Shown here: piece by piece, positions 1 to 9,352 of the stretch
Layout: every line of letters begins with the position of its first letter
Position numbering within the stretch: the first letter of the stretch is position 1
IMG/VR virus record: IMGVR_UViG_3300046707_000232
Coordinates: 1-59,804 of that record
Reading direction: 5' to 3' (one strand)
Origin: a virus
Taxonomy: Duplodnaviria > Caudoviricetes
Length of the DNA: 59,804 bases
Translations under genes and position numbers: made by a program
Notes under the pieces: model-generated
What the model saw: the letters and a program-made list of their open reading frames with translations, nothing else
Told to the model about the DNA's origin: nothing
Database searches by the model: none

Positions 1-449
1 GTCGCCGCGGCCGCGGCGCACGGCAGCTGCGTCGGCGCTGTCGGTGCGAGCGCCCCGGTCGCAACGATTGCCGCTGCCGTCAGCGAGATCGCGGTCGACG
101 CCGCCAGGGCGAGCGTGCCCGCACCGCTCGAGGTGGCCGCAGCGAGCGGGAGCTGCGTGGCGGCCGTGAGCGCGAGGGTCCCGCCGGCCACCGCGGCCGC
201 TGGCGCGAGCGGAGGGCGCGTCGGTGCCGCGACGCTGAAGCTGCCGCTAGCAATCGCCGCAGCAGTCGCCAGGGGCAGGCTGGCCGGTGCGGTCAGCTGC
301 AGCGTGGCGGCCGCCGAGGCGGCCGTGGCGCTGAGCGGCAAGACAGCGACGGTGATCGTCGGCCCGTACGTCTTCGTACGGCGCCGTGGTGCCAGCCACG
401 CCGGCCCTCGGAGCGGGTAGCGGCCGCGCTCTCGCCCGATTACCGCCAC
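1..449 (-). CDS. Ala/Thr-rich 21-aa tandem-repeat virion/fibre protein (partial)
   Basis: Own translation from GTG 449, open to the window edge; repeats LPLATAAAIASGSFSVAAPTR / PPLAPAAAVAGGTLALTAATQ / LPLAAATSSGAGTLALAASTA / ISLTAAAIVATGALAPTAPTQ. Confidence 0.75.
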   Translation of the reverse strand, partial: MAVIGRERGRYPLRGPAWLAPRRRTKTYGPTITVAVLPLSATAASAAATLQLTAPASLPLATAAAIASGSFSVAAPTRPPLAPAAAVAGGTLALTAATQLPLAAATSSGAGTLALAASTAISLTAAAIVATGALAPTAPTQLPCAAAAA

Positions 450-460
450 CGCGGCCTACT

Positions 461-940
461 TCACGGGTACTCGATGAACGTGGCGGTCCCGTTGAGCGAC
501 AGGTCGTCCGCGACAGCGGCCTGCAGCCGGATGTTGAGGTACGCGCTGCCGTTGACCCAGTACCCGGCGCCTTGCGGACGAGGGCCCCACGGGTAACCGG
601 CGCGGACGTTCATGGTGTCATTGAGGAGGTCGATCGCTGTGCCCGCTGATGCGATCGTCGGGTCAACGGTGCGGACGGTGCCGCTGAACGCACTGTCCAA
701 CGGTGAGACCGGCCTCGCAGTCGCGGAGTTCCCACCCGACGGTGCCGTGGTGTGCCCGCGCACGACCCGCAGCCGCAGCTGCTCCTCGGCGGCGTCGCCG
801 AGCTCGGTGTACTGGCCGAGGGTGAACTCGATCAGCTCGAGCGTGGTGTTCGCGGCGGCCAGAAATGAGAAAAGGTCGTAGTCGCCTGATGCCGCCGCGA
901 TCGCTGCGCCTTCGAACGCGAGTGTGTAGGTCCTGGGCAT
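461..940 (-). CDS. Putative beta-rich virion protein
   Basis: 159-aa ORF of normal composition in the structural cluster. Confidence 0.6.
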   Translation of the reverse strand: MPRTYTLAFEGAAIAAASGDYDLFSFLAAANTTLELIEFTLGQYTELGDAAEEQLRLRVVRGHTTAPSGGNSATARPVSPLDSAFSGTVRTVDPTIASAGTAIDLLNDTMNVRAGYPWGPRPQGAGYWVNGSAYLNIRLQAAVADDLSLNGTATFIEYP

Positions 941-983
941 CGTGTTGTGATGATGCGCCGCGCGCCGCGCCGTCGTCTACTTC

Positions 984-1676
984 TCAGCGGATGTAGAAGC
1001 CGTCGAGGCGCTGTCGCCGGCGGCCACGTCGGGCCGCGGGAGCAGAGGCCGCAGGCGCGCCGCCGGCGGGATCGTCGGTGAAACTCCCTCCCGTGAACGA
1101 CATCGTATTGCCGTTGACTCCGGCGCCGTCGGCCACGAGCGGCCAATAATCAAAGAGATCGGCAGTGCGGATGGAAGCCGGCGACACGCCCGCGAAGAAG
1201 TCCCCGCGTTCACCAGAGCTGAGGGGCGCGTCCCAGAGCGCGACCCGCGCAAGATCGACCTGCGCGAACCCGGTGCCGGTGGCACCGCGCGCGAGGACCA
1301 GCTCGGGGCTCGCATAGCCGGTGTAGGAACTCGCTGCAGCGACTGGCGTGCTGGCCGTTCCGTCGCGATAGTGCGTGAGGTTCGTGCCGTCCATGACGAG
1401 CAGCCATTGCTCGTAGGTGCCGACGGTGCTGACCAGCGAGCCGGTCTCGACCACGGATCCCGTGTAGACCGTGGCCGTCACCGTCCCCGTCGTGTAGAGG
1501 CGTGCCGACTTGTCCTGTGTGGTGTCCCCGGGCGCCTCGGCAAACGTGACCACTTCGCGGAACACGCCGCCGGACGGGAGGGCTACCACCCGCAACCAGA
1601 ACCCGACCGCGAACAGCGACATGTTCGCGACCGGGACGGTGCTGAAGTCCGAAGTGCCGTTGTGCCGGCGCGCCAA
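984..1676 (-). CDS. LamG/concanavalin-A-like lectin domain virion protein
   Basis: FAVGFW...LLVMDGTNLTHYRDG...LARVALWDAPLS pattern typical of LamG_3 folds; Arg-rich C-terminal tail. Confidence 0.75.
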   Translation of the reverse strand: MARRHNGTSDFSTVPVANMSLFAVGFWLRVVALPSGGVFREVVTFAEAPGDTTQDKSARLYTTGTVTATVYTGSVVETGSLVSTVGTYEQWLLVMDGTNLTHYRDGTASTPVAAASSYTGYASPELVLARGATGTGFAQVDLARVALWDAPLSSGERGDFFAGVSPASIRTADLFDYWPLVADGAGVNGNTMSFTGGSFTDDPAGGAPAASAPAARRGRRRQRLDGFYIR

Positions 1677-2465
1677 CTATATGCCCCGATCCTGTACGAG
1701 AGTGACCGTCTCGACGCCATAGGCGGGGTCACGTTCGGTATGCAGAACACGGAACCGGCCGCCGTTACGGACCAGGTCTGCGAGCAAGTTGACTGCGGCA
1801 TAGGGAGCGTGGCATTCGACGCACAGGGCCTGTACCCGGCCGAGCCATCCGGCGCAGTCCTCGAGCAGCTCGGCCTCGCTGCCCTCAATGTCGCACTTCA
1901 CGACGTCGAGCCGCCCGGTCATCCCGGCGCGCTCAAGGACCTGCGGCATCGTCAAGACAGGGATGTCGCCGTTGTCGCCTGCGATGCGGTAGCCGAACTC
2001 GCCCGTCGTGGTCGCGAGGCTCACGGTGCGCTCGCTACCGCCGACGCACGCCTCGATGACGGTGGCGCTGACGCTGCGGACGTTCTCGCGCAGGATCGCC
2101 GCGTTGCCGGGATCCGGCTCCACACAGACGAGGCGAGCATCGGGGTAGCGCTCGTGCAGCCATCGAGCCGCGATCCCGGTGTTCGCGCCGAGGTCGACGA
2201 CCGTGAGCGCGTCCATGGCTGGAAGGTGCCGGTAGGCGCCGTTGGCCATCTCGCAGAGGACCGCGATGTCGCTCGTGTGGGAGCGAATCAGGACGTCGGC
2301 CCCGAGGCTTCGGGCGCTGATCTTCAGCGAGCGCGGCGACGGGCACGCAACTTTCCCCACTCGGCTCAGGCTCAGCCTGGCCTGCATGAGGTGCATGAAA
2401 TCGCCCGGGCTGCAGCTCTCACGCAAGAGCCAGCCGGTCTCATCGGTCCATCCACGGAGTCTCAT
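1677..2465 (-). CDS. FkbM-family SAM-dependent methyltransferase
   Basis: VVDLGANTG, VCVEPDP, VVKCDIEGSE and VECH motifs. Confidence 0.9.
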   Translation of the reverse strand: MRLRGWTDETGWLLRESCSPGDFMHLMQARLSLSRVGKVACPSPRSLKISARSLGADVLIRSHTSDIAVLCEMANGAYRHLPAMDALTVVDLGANTGIAARWLHERYPDARLVCVEPDPGNAAILRENVRSVSATVIEACVGGSERTVSLATTTGEFGYRIAGDNGDIPVLTMPQVLERAGMTGRLDVVKCDIEGSEAELLEDCAGWLGRVQALCVECHAPYAAVNLLADLVRNGGRFRVLHTERDPAYGVETVTLVQDRGI

Positions 2466-2480
2466 GCCCGCGACCGTACG
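2466..2480 (-). promoter_or_regulatory. Putative leaderless promoter (-10 TACGGT, 7 nt before the ATG) of the FkbM gene
   Basis: Minus strand reads TACGGT-cgcgggc-ATG. Confidence 0.45.
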
Positions 2481-2532
2481 ACAATCGCTGCACGGTCGGT
2501 ACCAGTCAATCGGTTAGGAAGCGCACGGATAG

Positions 2533-4251
2533 TCATGGCACGTACTCGTAGGCGCCCGGGTCAGGGAAGCCGTCTGCGCCGCGTATGTGCCCGTCGCGGT
2601 CGGGCGGGGCGATCCGTGACGGGTCGCCGGCGTTGATCGCGGCGCATCCCGACACGAGCCGGAAGTTGAAGTTGAACGCGTCGACGTAGCACGAGGCCAT
2701 CGCGTTCGGGCTGGACGAGCTGTTCGCGAACGGCGACAACGGCACGCTGCTGGCGCCGCTGCATGTCTGGCCGACGTTGAACGAGTACGTCCAGAGCGTC
2801 GGGTTGCAGTCCGACGCGCCGAGGTTCGCGTACCAAAGGCCTTTCGTCGCGCCGGCGGTCAGCAGTTCGCTCGCGTCAGCATCAGGCCCGGTCTCGAACG
2901 TGTTGTAGCGGACGACGTCGGCGTCGATCGAGCACAGGCTTGAGCCGAGGAACAGGGACCTCCCGCCCCCGGATGGGTGCCAGTCGTTCCGATAGTCCGC
3001 GCCCGACCCCTCGTTGGTCCGCGCGAAGACGTTTCCCTCGATCGTGATGTCGCCGTACCCCGACCCGCAGTTGCCCAACAGGGCCAGCCCCTGGCCTGAC
3101 GGGCAACCCGCAAGCAGGTTGTTCCTGAACACAAGATGTTTCATGTACGTGCTGTAGATGCACTCGTTGTGGACGTCCGGGTCGCAGTCGGTGAAGCGGC
3201 CGAAGTTGTAGAAGTCGACGCCCGAGATGACGACGTAGTCCCCGCCTCCGTTGATCCCCTTGGCGTTCACGATGCCGTGGATCGACCCGCCGATCATCTG
3301 GAACCCGGTGGTGCTCGTGATCGTCTCGTCCGTGAACCCGGCCTGGTCTGCTGAGACGTCCATGCCGTTCTTCGGGCACGTCCCGCTGACGCCGTGGTCG
3401 CGAAGGCCGTCGATCTCGTCGTTCAGCAGGACCGGGGTCGCGCAGACGCTGACGATGCCGCCGACGAAGAAGTCGCTCTTCCCCCGGCCCGCCGGGATTG
3501 GCCCCTGACAGACCCAGTCATCGTCGGCGGTAGAGCCCGGCGCGCGGGCCTCGAACTTGAACCCTTCGACGATGCAAGCTGAGCAGGCGATCACCGCGCG
3601 CGAGAACTCAACGGCGCCGGTCGTCTCGGCCTTGATCGTGACCGCCTTAGACGCCGGCCCCAGGATCATCTTGCCGTAGTCGTCACCGCCGGTCACGTCT
3701 TTGACCATGATCATGTCGCCGGGGCTCGCATTCGTGATCGCCGCCTGATCAGTGCTCGAGCGCGTGGTGAACGGCGGGCAAGCGGCGGCGTTTGAGTATG
3801 CGACCGGGGTGGCAGAGCGTGTGCAGGTGCCGCCGTCAGTGTCGACCCAAAGATTCGCGGTGCCAGCGGCGAATACCGAGACCGGCGAGGACTCCGCTGG
3901 CGTCGACGACCCAGACCCATTCGTGGCAGTCACCAGGCACGTGACCGCCGTTCCGACGTCAGTGCCCGTCAACGCCAACGACGACGCTGTCTGGCCACTG
4001 ATCGTCGACCCGTCCCGCTCCCACGTGTACGCAAACGAGCCAGGTGAATTCGTCCACGACCCCGTCGAACAGGACACCGTCTGCCCACTCTGCGCCGTGC
4101 CCGAGATCGCCGGAAGCAGCGTATTCACGGGCACCCCGCCGCCTATGATGATCGGGATCCCGATCGCCACCGTCGTCAACGCAGCCGCAAGCGCCACCAC
4201 CACACCATTCATCGGCCGGCGAAGCCAACCGCTCACTGATCCACCCGGCAA
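2533..4251 (-). CDS. Membrane-anchored/secreted Ig-like plus parallel beta-helix protein with a choice-of-anchor-Q-like C-terminus
   Basis: N-terminal hydrophobic helix, PVNTLLPAISG..CSTGSW module, beta-helix-type N/G repeats, terminal DRDGHIR..DPGAYEY. Confidence 0.75.
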   Translation of the reverse strand: MPGGSVSGWLRRPMNGVVVALAAALTTVAIGIPIIIGGGVPVNTLLPAISGTAQSGQTVSCSTGSWTNSPGSFAYTWERDGSTISGQTASSLALTGTDVGTAVTCLVTATNGSGSSTPAESSPVSVFAAGTANLWVDTDGGTCTRSATPVAYSNAAACPPFTTRSSTDQAAITNASPGDMIMVKDVTGGDDYGKMILGPASKAVTIKAETTGAVEFSRAVIACSACIVEGFKFEARAPGSTADDDWVCQGPIPAGRGKSDFFVGGIVSVCATPVLLNDEIDGLRDHGVSGTCPKNGMDVSADQAGFTDETITSTTGFQMIGGSIHGIVNAKGINGGGDYVVISGVDFYNFGRFTDCDPDVHNECIYSTYMKHLVFRNNLLAGCPSGQGLALLGNCGSGYGDITIEGNVFARTNEGSGADYRNDWHPSGGGRSLFLGSSLCSIDADVVRYNTFETGPDADASELLTAGATKGLWYANLGASDCNPTLWTYSFNVGQTCSGASSVPLSPFANSSSSPNAMASCYVDAFNFNFRLVSGCAAINAGDPSRIAPPDRDGHIRGADGFPDPGAYEYVP

Positions 4252-4652
4252 TACTCCACGTTGATCACGACACTCGCGTCCGTCTCGATCAGGCGCACCT
4301 GCCCAAGATCAGCGAGCGCGAGCACAAACGCCGTGCCCACCGGCACAAACGGGCCGGCGTCCGAGTGCGCGCTCGGCGTCGCAGCGGGGTTAGACCCGTC
4401 CTGGCGGTACCTGACCCCGCCCGACGTCCCCTCCACCGACACGATCGCGTGCGTGCAATCCGCCGACACCGCCGTCGAAACGTTCGGCAACTGCTGCGCC
4501 GCCGACAGGTCGTTGTCCCACCCGTAGATGAACGCCGACCGCAGATGCTCCACGATCGACACCGCCGGCATGTCGACCGACGCTCCGCCGTTGTCACCGA
4601 AGTTGAAGCTCCGGTAGCTCTTGCTCCCGGCGCCCGGGTAGTTGTGGGCCAT
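4233..4652 (-). CDS. Hypothetical virion protein
   Basis: 139-aa ORF in the structural operon. Confidence 0.6.
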   Translation of the reverse strand: MAHNYPGAGSKSYRSFNFGDNGGASVDMPAVSIVEHLRSAFIYGWDNDLSAAQQLPNVSTAVSADCTHAIVSVEGTSGGVRYRQDGSNPAATPSAHSDAGPFVPVGTAFVLALADLGQVRLIETDASVVINVEYCRVDQ

Positions 4653-4676
4653 GGCAGAGCCCTCCCGGGGTGGGTC

Positions 4677-5261
4677 CTAGTCGAGGGTGACGGACAGCGC
4701 GCCGGCGTTGACCGTCGGAGGCGTCTGCGTGGTGCTGATGACCGTGCTCGTGCACGTGCCGAAGACGATGACGGTGCCGGCGCCGGAGGAGGTGGTGACG
4801 ACGGCCCAGCCGATGATGGTGCTGGTGCCGGCGGTGCAGTTGGCGAAGGTGAGGGTGTTGCCGTTGGTCTTGGCGCCGGCGGAGGCGGCGCTCATGTCGG
4901 CGGCTGCGATGCTCTTGCGGGCGAAGCCGGTGTAGTTCGCTTCGGTGAGGGTGCCTGCGGTGTCGGTCTCGGCGACGGCGACCGTGGTGAGTGAGAGGTA
5001 GGTCGGCGCGGTGTAGAGCTGGATGGAGCCGTGGTCGCCGAAGACGGTGTCGAGGACGTCGAGCTCGGCGGCGTTGGAGAACCCCGCCATGTGCAGGATC
5101 GTGGCGTCGCGGGCGCGGTCGAGCTCGGGGGTGCCGCCGCGGCGGAGCTTGTCGAGGATGCGTCCGAAGATCTCGCCCGGGGTGGCGTGGCCGGGGATTT
5201 CGATGTTCGGGATGCCGTCTCGGCCGGGTGTCCAGAGGCCGGGTGTCGCGATGGCGGTCAT
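4677..5261 (-). CDS. Minor virion/tail-fibre-associated protein (mycobacteriophage Gp80-like)
   Basis: YLSLTT...TEANYTGFARKSI...NGNTLTF...GALSVTLD pattern. Confidence 0.65.
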   Translation of the reverse strand: MTAIATPGLWTPGRDGIPNIEIPGHATPGEIFGRILDKLRRGGTPELDRARDATILHMAGFSNAAELDVLDTVFGDHGSIQLYTAPTYLSLTTVAVAETDTAGTLTEANYTGFARKSIAAADMSAASAGAKTNGNTLTFANCTAGTSTIIGWAVVTTSSGAGTVIVFGTCTSTVISTTQTPPTVNAGALSVTLD

Positions 5262-5893
5262 CCGTCGGTCTCCTCGTCGTCGTCGGCCTCGAGCTGGTCG
5301 GCGCGGTCGCGCAGCTGTTTGATCTGAAGGGCTCGCGCTTGGGCGGTGATCTCGGCGTCGCGTTCGGCGAGGCGGGCGTCGTGCTCGAGCGCGGCGTCGA
5401 GGCGGGTGCCCTGCATCGGCGGCGGCTGGTTCGGGATCGGCGCCATGAGCTTCGCGCGGCCGATCTCGGTCCAGTACCAGAGCTCTTCGGTGCCTGCGCG
5501 GTCCGGGAACGGGTGGATGCCGGAGCGCTGGGCACGTTCGATGTAGTTGTCGGCCTTGTCGGCTGGGAGCGTGGGGACGTCGTCGCGATCGGCTGTCGCC
5601 GTGACTGCCGCGGTCGCTGCGGCGCCGGCGCGGTGCTTGGGGAGCTTGTGGTCGGTGTCGGCGGTGAATGCGCCGAGGCTCGTGACGAGGCCGTGCGCCT
5701 CGAGGTCTGTCAGGATCGACTCGGCGCCCTTGAGTGTCCGCGCGATGCTGGTGTGCGGCTCGTCGTGGCGTGCGAGGAATGCGACGAGGTCCTCCAGTGA
5801 CCGGGGCTGGGAGAGGTTGCCCAGGACGCGGCGGTGCTCGTCGGTGAGGAAGTCGCCGGTTGGCGGGAAGTCGTTGAAGAGCTCGCCGGTCAT
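5258..5893 (-). CDS. Hypothetical protein
   Basis: 211-aa ORF preceded by the conserved 22-bp motif; ATGA overlap with the next gene. Confidence 0.65.
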   Translation of the reverse strand: MTGELFNDFPPTGDFLTDEHRRVLGNLSQPRSLEDLVAFLARHDEPHTSIARTLKGAESILTDLEAHGLVTSLGAFTADTDHKLPKHRAGAAATAAVTATADRDDVPTLPADKADNYIERAQRSGIHPFPDRAGTEELWYWTEIGRAKLMAPIPNQPPPMQGTRLDAALEHDARLAERDAEITAQARALQIKQLRDRADQLEADDDEETDG

Positions 5894-5894
5894 T

Positions 5895-5916
5895 GAGCCT
5901 GACGGTAAGCGCGGCC
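5895..5916 (-). promoter_or_regulatory. 22-bp repeat copy 1 (putative late leaderless promoter, GGCCGCGCTTACCGTCAGGCTC)
   Basis: Exact match to 10932-10953; both copies end 1 nt before an ATG and contain TACCGT (TAnnnT). Confidence 0.75.
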
Positions 5917-5953
5917 GACCGTGCGTGTCTACTTCCCTATTGGCCCTACATGC

Positions 5954-6316
5954 CTACGGGCGCACGGGGTCGATCCCGGCATCCCGCAAGGCGCGTTCGA
6001 GCGTGAGCACCCGGTCGTGTAGCTCGTCGGCGCGGGTCTCGCAGTCGCGTTCAGCTTCCTCGAGCTCGTCGATCCGCTTGTGGCACGCCTGGAGCTGCCT
6101 GTCCTGCTCCTCGACGACCCGCTCGTAGCGCTCCATCAGCCGGTTCCAGCGCTGGGAATCGAGGTCCCCTGCTGCCGCGACGATTTGCTTCTGCCGAGGC
6201 CGGACGAGCCGGATGCTGACGTACGCCGCGACGATCGTCCCGATGAACGTGCCGATCGCGGCGATCGCCGGGTCGATCGCGCCGAGCAGCACCAAGCTAA
6301 CGAGTATCTCGAGCAC
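5954..6316 (-). CDS. Membrane protein with C-terminal coiled coil (holin/lysis-associated candidate)
   Basis: GTG 6316; two hydrophobic segments followed by a heptad-rich helix. Confidence 0.55.
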   Translation of the reverse strand: MLEILVSLVLLGAIDPAIAAIGTFIGTIVAAYVSIRLVRPRQKQIVAAAGDLDSQRWNRLMERYERVVEEQDRQLQACHKRIDELEEAERDCETRADELHDRVLTLERALRDAGIDPVRP

Positions 6317-6797
6317 TGGCCCTCTCAAGCGAGTCCAGGCGAGTGGACGCGCGATCGGCGAGCCGGTCCGACGCGCGCCGGTCGAACCCGTGCGGCCGCG
6401 TGAGGAGGTCATAGATCCGGCCGCTGATCACGACGATGCACACGAGGTAACTGAACGCCGCCAACCCGGCGCCCACAGGCCCGCGGACGATAAGGACCGC
6501 GCCCAGGTTCACGACGAGAGCCCAGAGCGCGAGCCAGTCTCCAGCGAGCTCAACCGTCGGCTTCGGCCACAGCAGCCCCACGGTGAGGAGCACCGCCGCC
6601 AGCGCGTAGCTGCCCTGCCAAAGGACCTCCACCCAGCGGGCATCAAGGACCTCCGTGACCGTGTTCGAGCCCGCCTGCCGCGGGTCAAGAAGCGCGCCGA
6701 TCCCAGCGACGAGCAAGAGCCACGTCGGCAGCAGGTACGGCAGGGCGCGGCGCCGGTAAGCCCAGCGGTTAGCCGGGTCGAGGCTGTTCGGGCTCAT
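6297..6797 (-). CDS. Multi-pass membrane protein (holin candidate)
   Basis: About 4 hydrophobic helices. Confidence 0.55.
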   Translation of the reverse strand: MSPNSLDPANRWAYRRRALPYLLPTWLLLVAGIGALLDPRQAGSNTVTEVLDARWVEVLWQGSYALAAVLLTVGLLWPKPTVELAGDWLALWALVVNLGAVLIVRGPVGAGLAAFSYLVCIVVISGRIYDLLTRPHGFDRRASDRLADRASTRLDSLERASARDTR

Positions 6798-6807
6798 CGA
6801 TGGCTCC

Positions 6808-7209
6808 TCACTGGATCACCAGCTCGAGCAGCCCAGCCGGGAACCTGGGGGTCGTCTCGAGCGTCGAGAGCAGGAAAGGCGGAACGTCCACCAGGTGCAA
6901 CAGGGCGCCGTCGACCAGGTCAGTCAACAACGCCGCTTGAAGGACAAGGACGTCCGGGCCGGAGATCGGCGCCGGCAACGCGACGTCGACGTTGTTTCTG
7001 ACGACGCCGAAGTCGTCGGCGTCGCGCCACGAAGCGCCCGGGACCGCGACGCGGCCGTACCCGGGATAGGTCGCCTCGGGGAGGTAGGACCCATCGGGGG
7101 CGCCTTCCCCGACGAGGAGTGCGAGGTACCGCGGAGAGCTCCCGAGACCCGGCCGTTTCGCGACCGAGATCTCGAGGAGCTGCCCGGAGTGAGCCCTAGC
7201 GAGACCCAT
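6808..7209 (-). CDS. Second Gp80-like minor virion protein
   Basis: YLALLV...EATYPGYGRVAV...NNVDVALP...FPAGLLEL; paralogous pattern to 4677-5261. Confidence 0.6.
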   Translation of the reverse strand: MGLARAHSGQLLEISVAKRPGLGSSPRYLALLVGEGAPDGSYLPEATYPGYGRVAVPGASWRDADDFGVVRNNVDVALPAPISGPDVLVLQAALLTDLVDGALLHLVDVPPFLLSTLETTPRFPAGLLELVIQ

Positions 7210-7218
7210 CGGGCCTCG

Positions 7219-7836
7219 CTAGAGCGCGACGGCGTGCTTGCCGGAGTTGTCGTAGACGATGAGGTACTTCGGGCCGAGGTACCGCCCGTTGGTCTCGAGC
7301 TGCCGGACGACGTGGCTCGTGTACTCGCTCTCCGGGATCCCGGAGAGCGCCGCGGCCTCGGCGGGGGAGATCTCCTCGGTCGCGCCCTGGTTGATCGTCT
7401 GGATCGACGACGCGTCCTCCAGGAGCGTCTGCGCCGGCGTCGGGCCGCCCGGCTTGGGACCGTTCCGCTTCGCTTCGGTGATCGCCTCCTCGAGCCGGAC
7501 GAGCAGCTCGTAGGGGGCGCCCTCGAGCGTGGAGATGATCGCCTCCGCCGTCAGCGCGAACCCCTGAGACGGGCCGACCTGCCCCGCCGCGGCGACGAGC
7601 TTCTCGCCCGCGTTCGCGTCCGCTGGGAGGTCGAGGTTCCCGCCGGCCTCGGACTGCACCGGCGGGTTCTCCGCAGCCGACTGAGACGGCGACGTGTTCG
7701 CCGCCGCCGCGACCTCCGCGGGCGTGGGCTGGTCGTCGATCGCCTGCCGAATCCGCTCGGGGGACCAGCGCTTGTCGATGGTGACGCCCTTGGCCTCGGC
7801 CTCGGCGATGAGGGCGTTCTTGTCCTTGTCAGACAA
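7219..7836 (-). CDS. Hypothetical head-associated protein
   Basis: Directly downstream of the capsid gene; N-terminal AEAKGVTIDKRWS..IRQAI motif. Confidence 0.6.
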   Translation of the reverse strand: MSDKDKNALIAEAEAKGVTIDKRWSPERIRQAIDDQPTPAEVAAAANTSPSQSAAENPPVQSEAGGNLDLPADANAGEKLVAAAGQVGPSQGFALTAEAIISTLEGAPYELLVRLEEAITEAKRNGPKPGGPTPAQTLLEDASSIQTINQGATEEISPAEAAALSGIPESEYTSHVVRQLETNGRYLGPKYLIVYDNSGKHAVAL

Positions 7837-8911
7837 CGGCCTTCACCACTCCCCGCCAATCGAGAAGTGCCGTGCCCCATTCGTGGCGGACCTTCCAGAC
7901 GATCTCGTCGAACTCCATGCTGTAGGGGTCCGACCCTCCGAGGACCAGGCGCATGCCGGGGTCCTTGAGCATGAGGTCCGGTGTGTCCTTGCCGTTGAGG
8001 AAGCCGACGCCGAGGACCGGGGCTTCGCTCGGGCGGGCGAAGAGGTACCAGTCGTTGACGTCGGTGAGGTACTCCTCGACGACGGGGTCGACGATGCCCT
8101 CGAGGACGTTCGCTCCGCCGAAGCCGTGGTTGACCGGGGTGGTCGCCGTGGTGTTGCCCGACTGGTAGAACCCGGCCATCGGGACGAGCGTCGAGTTGAT
8201 GATGCGGCGCGCGGTGAGCGCGAGGTCGGCGGGGATGAGCAGCATCGCGGGCTTGAGGCCGATGCGGTTGCCGTTCGGGTCCGTCTGCTTGCGCAACAGC
8301 GTGGTGGCCTGCGCGAGCGAGTCCTCGCTCAGTGCGTACTGGGCACCGGAGAGGATGTTGTTGTGCGAGGCGTGCGCGAGCGCGACCCCGTCGTAGGTGT
8401 TGCCGTTGCCGGTGAGCTTGGCGACGATCGAGCGGCCGAGGGTGCGCGCCGCGGCGCGGCCGAACGCGGCCGGTGTCTCCTTGAGCTGGCCGAGGTCGTC
8501 GTTGATGATCGCCTCGCGCGTGAGCGAGAAGAGCCGGCCGAACTTGCTGACGGTGATGCTCGGGCCGGCGATCTCGTCTCGCTGGGAGTCGAGGTACTCG
8601 CCGCCTTCGGCGACCGGCAGGAGGTCCTGCATCTCGGTGAGCCGCGTGAAGCTGATCGGCTTGAAGTCCGGGACCGAGTAGTTCCGGCTGTACTGCCGCC
8701 ACGACGGGGAGACGTCGTTGTAGCCCCACATCATGCGCTTGGTGGCCTTGTCGGCCATGTACGTCGCGAAGTCCGACGAGGAGCCGGACTCCTGGAGTGC
8801 CTCGCCGCCCTCGGCCTCGGTGAGGTCGATGCCTTCGAGCTCGAGCTTCTGCAGGTACGCCTCGAACAGCTTCTTCGGGCCGCCCCAATTTCCGTAGTCA
8901 CGGAATTCCAT
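7829..8911 (-). CDS. Major capsid protein (Mu gpT-like, HK97 fold)
   Basis: VPDFKP, SKFGRLFSLTREAIINDDLG, P..LLIP, WYLFA, KVRHEWG motifs. Confidence 0.92.
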   Translation of the reverse strand: MEFRDYGNWGGPKKLFEAYLQKLELEGIDLTEAEGGEALQESGSSSDFATYMADKATKRMMWGYNDVSPSWRQYSRNYSVPDFKPISFTRLTEMQDLLPVAEGGEYLDSQRDEIAGPSITVSKFGRLFSLTREAIINDDLGQLKETPAAFGRAAARTLGRSIVAKLTGNGNTYDGVALAHASHNNILSGAQYALSEDSLAQATTLLRKQTDPNGNRIGLKPAMLLIPADLALTARRIINSTLVPMAGFYQSGNTTATTPVNHGFGGANVLEGIVDPVVEEYLTDVNDWYLFARPSEAPVLGVGFLNGKDTPDLMLKDPGMRLVLGGSDPYSMEFDEIVWKVRHEWGTALLDWRGVVKAVV

Positions 8912-8923
8912 GGCGCAGACCCC

Positions 8924-9319
8924 CTACGCGGTCGACGAGGCGCCGAGGGCGCCCGCCTGGTCGAGGAGCTTGATCCACATCTTCCCGGTGACGGGGACCG
9001 GGACGTTGATCGGAGGCGTGGCGTTCGGGACGCCGACGACCTTCGCGAACGCGCGCGTGCCGGCCGACACCGCGGCGTCGTACGCGACGCGCGTGAGCGC
9101 GTTGGTCGTGTCGTTGATCAGGACCACGTCGCCGACGACCGACGACGCGATGAAGTCGATCTCGAACACCCCCGTCAGCCGCAACGAGTAGCCAGCGTTG
9201 ATTGCGGCGCTGGTCTCGGCGAAGCCGTGCAGGTTGGTCTCGACGACCGCTTGCCCGGAGGTGCGCGCGGCGCCAGCGATGACGTGCACGCGATCCCCCG
9301 TACCGCGGTAATTCTTCAC
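8924..9319 (-). CDS. Capsid decoration/cement protein (DUF2190-like)
   Basis: MKNY..TGD..V.AGAA..SG..V motif; lies between protease and capsid genes. Confidence 0.75.
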   Translation of the reverse strand: MKNYRGTGDRVHVIAGAARTSGQAVVETNLHGFAETSAAINAGYSLRLTGVFEIDFIASSVVGDVVLINDTTNALTRVAYDAAVSAGTRAFAKVVGVPNATPPINVPVPVTGKMWIKLLDQAGALGASSTA

Positions 9320-9352
9320 AGGGACTCCCTTTGGAGAGGCTGCGGGTAACCG

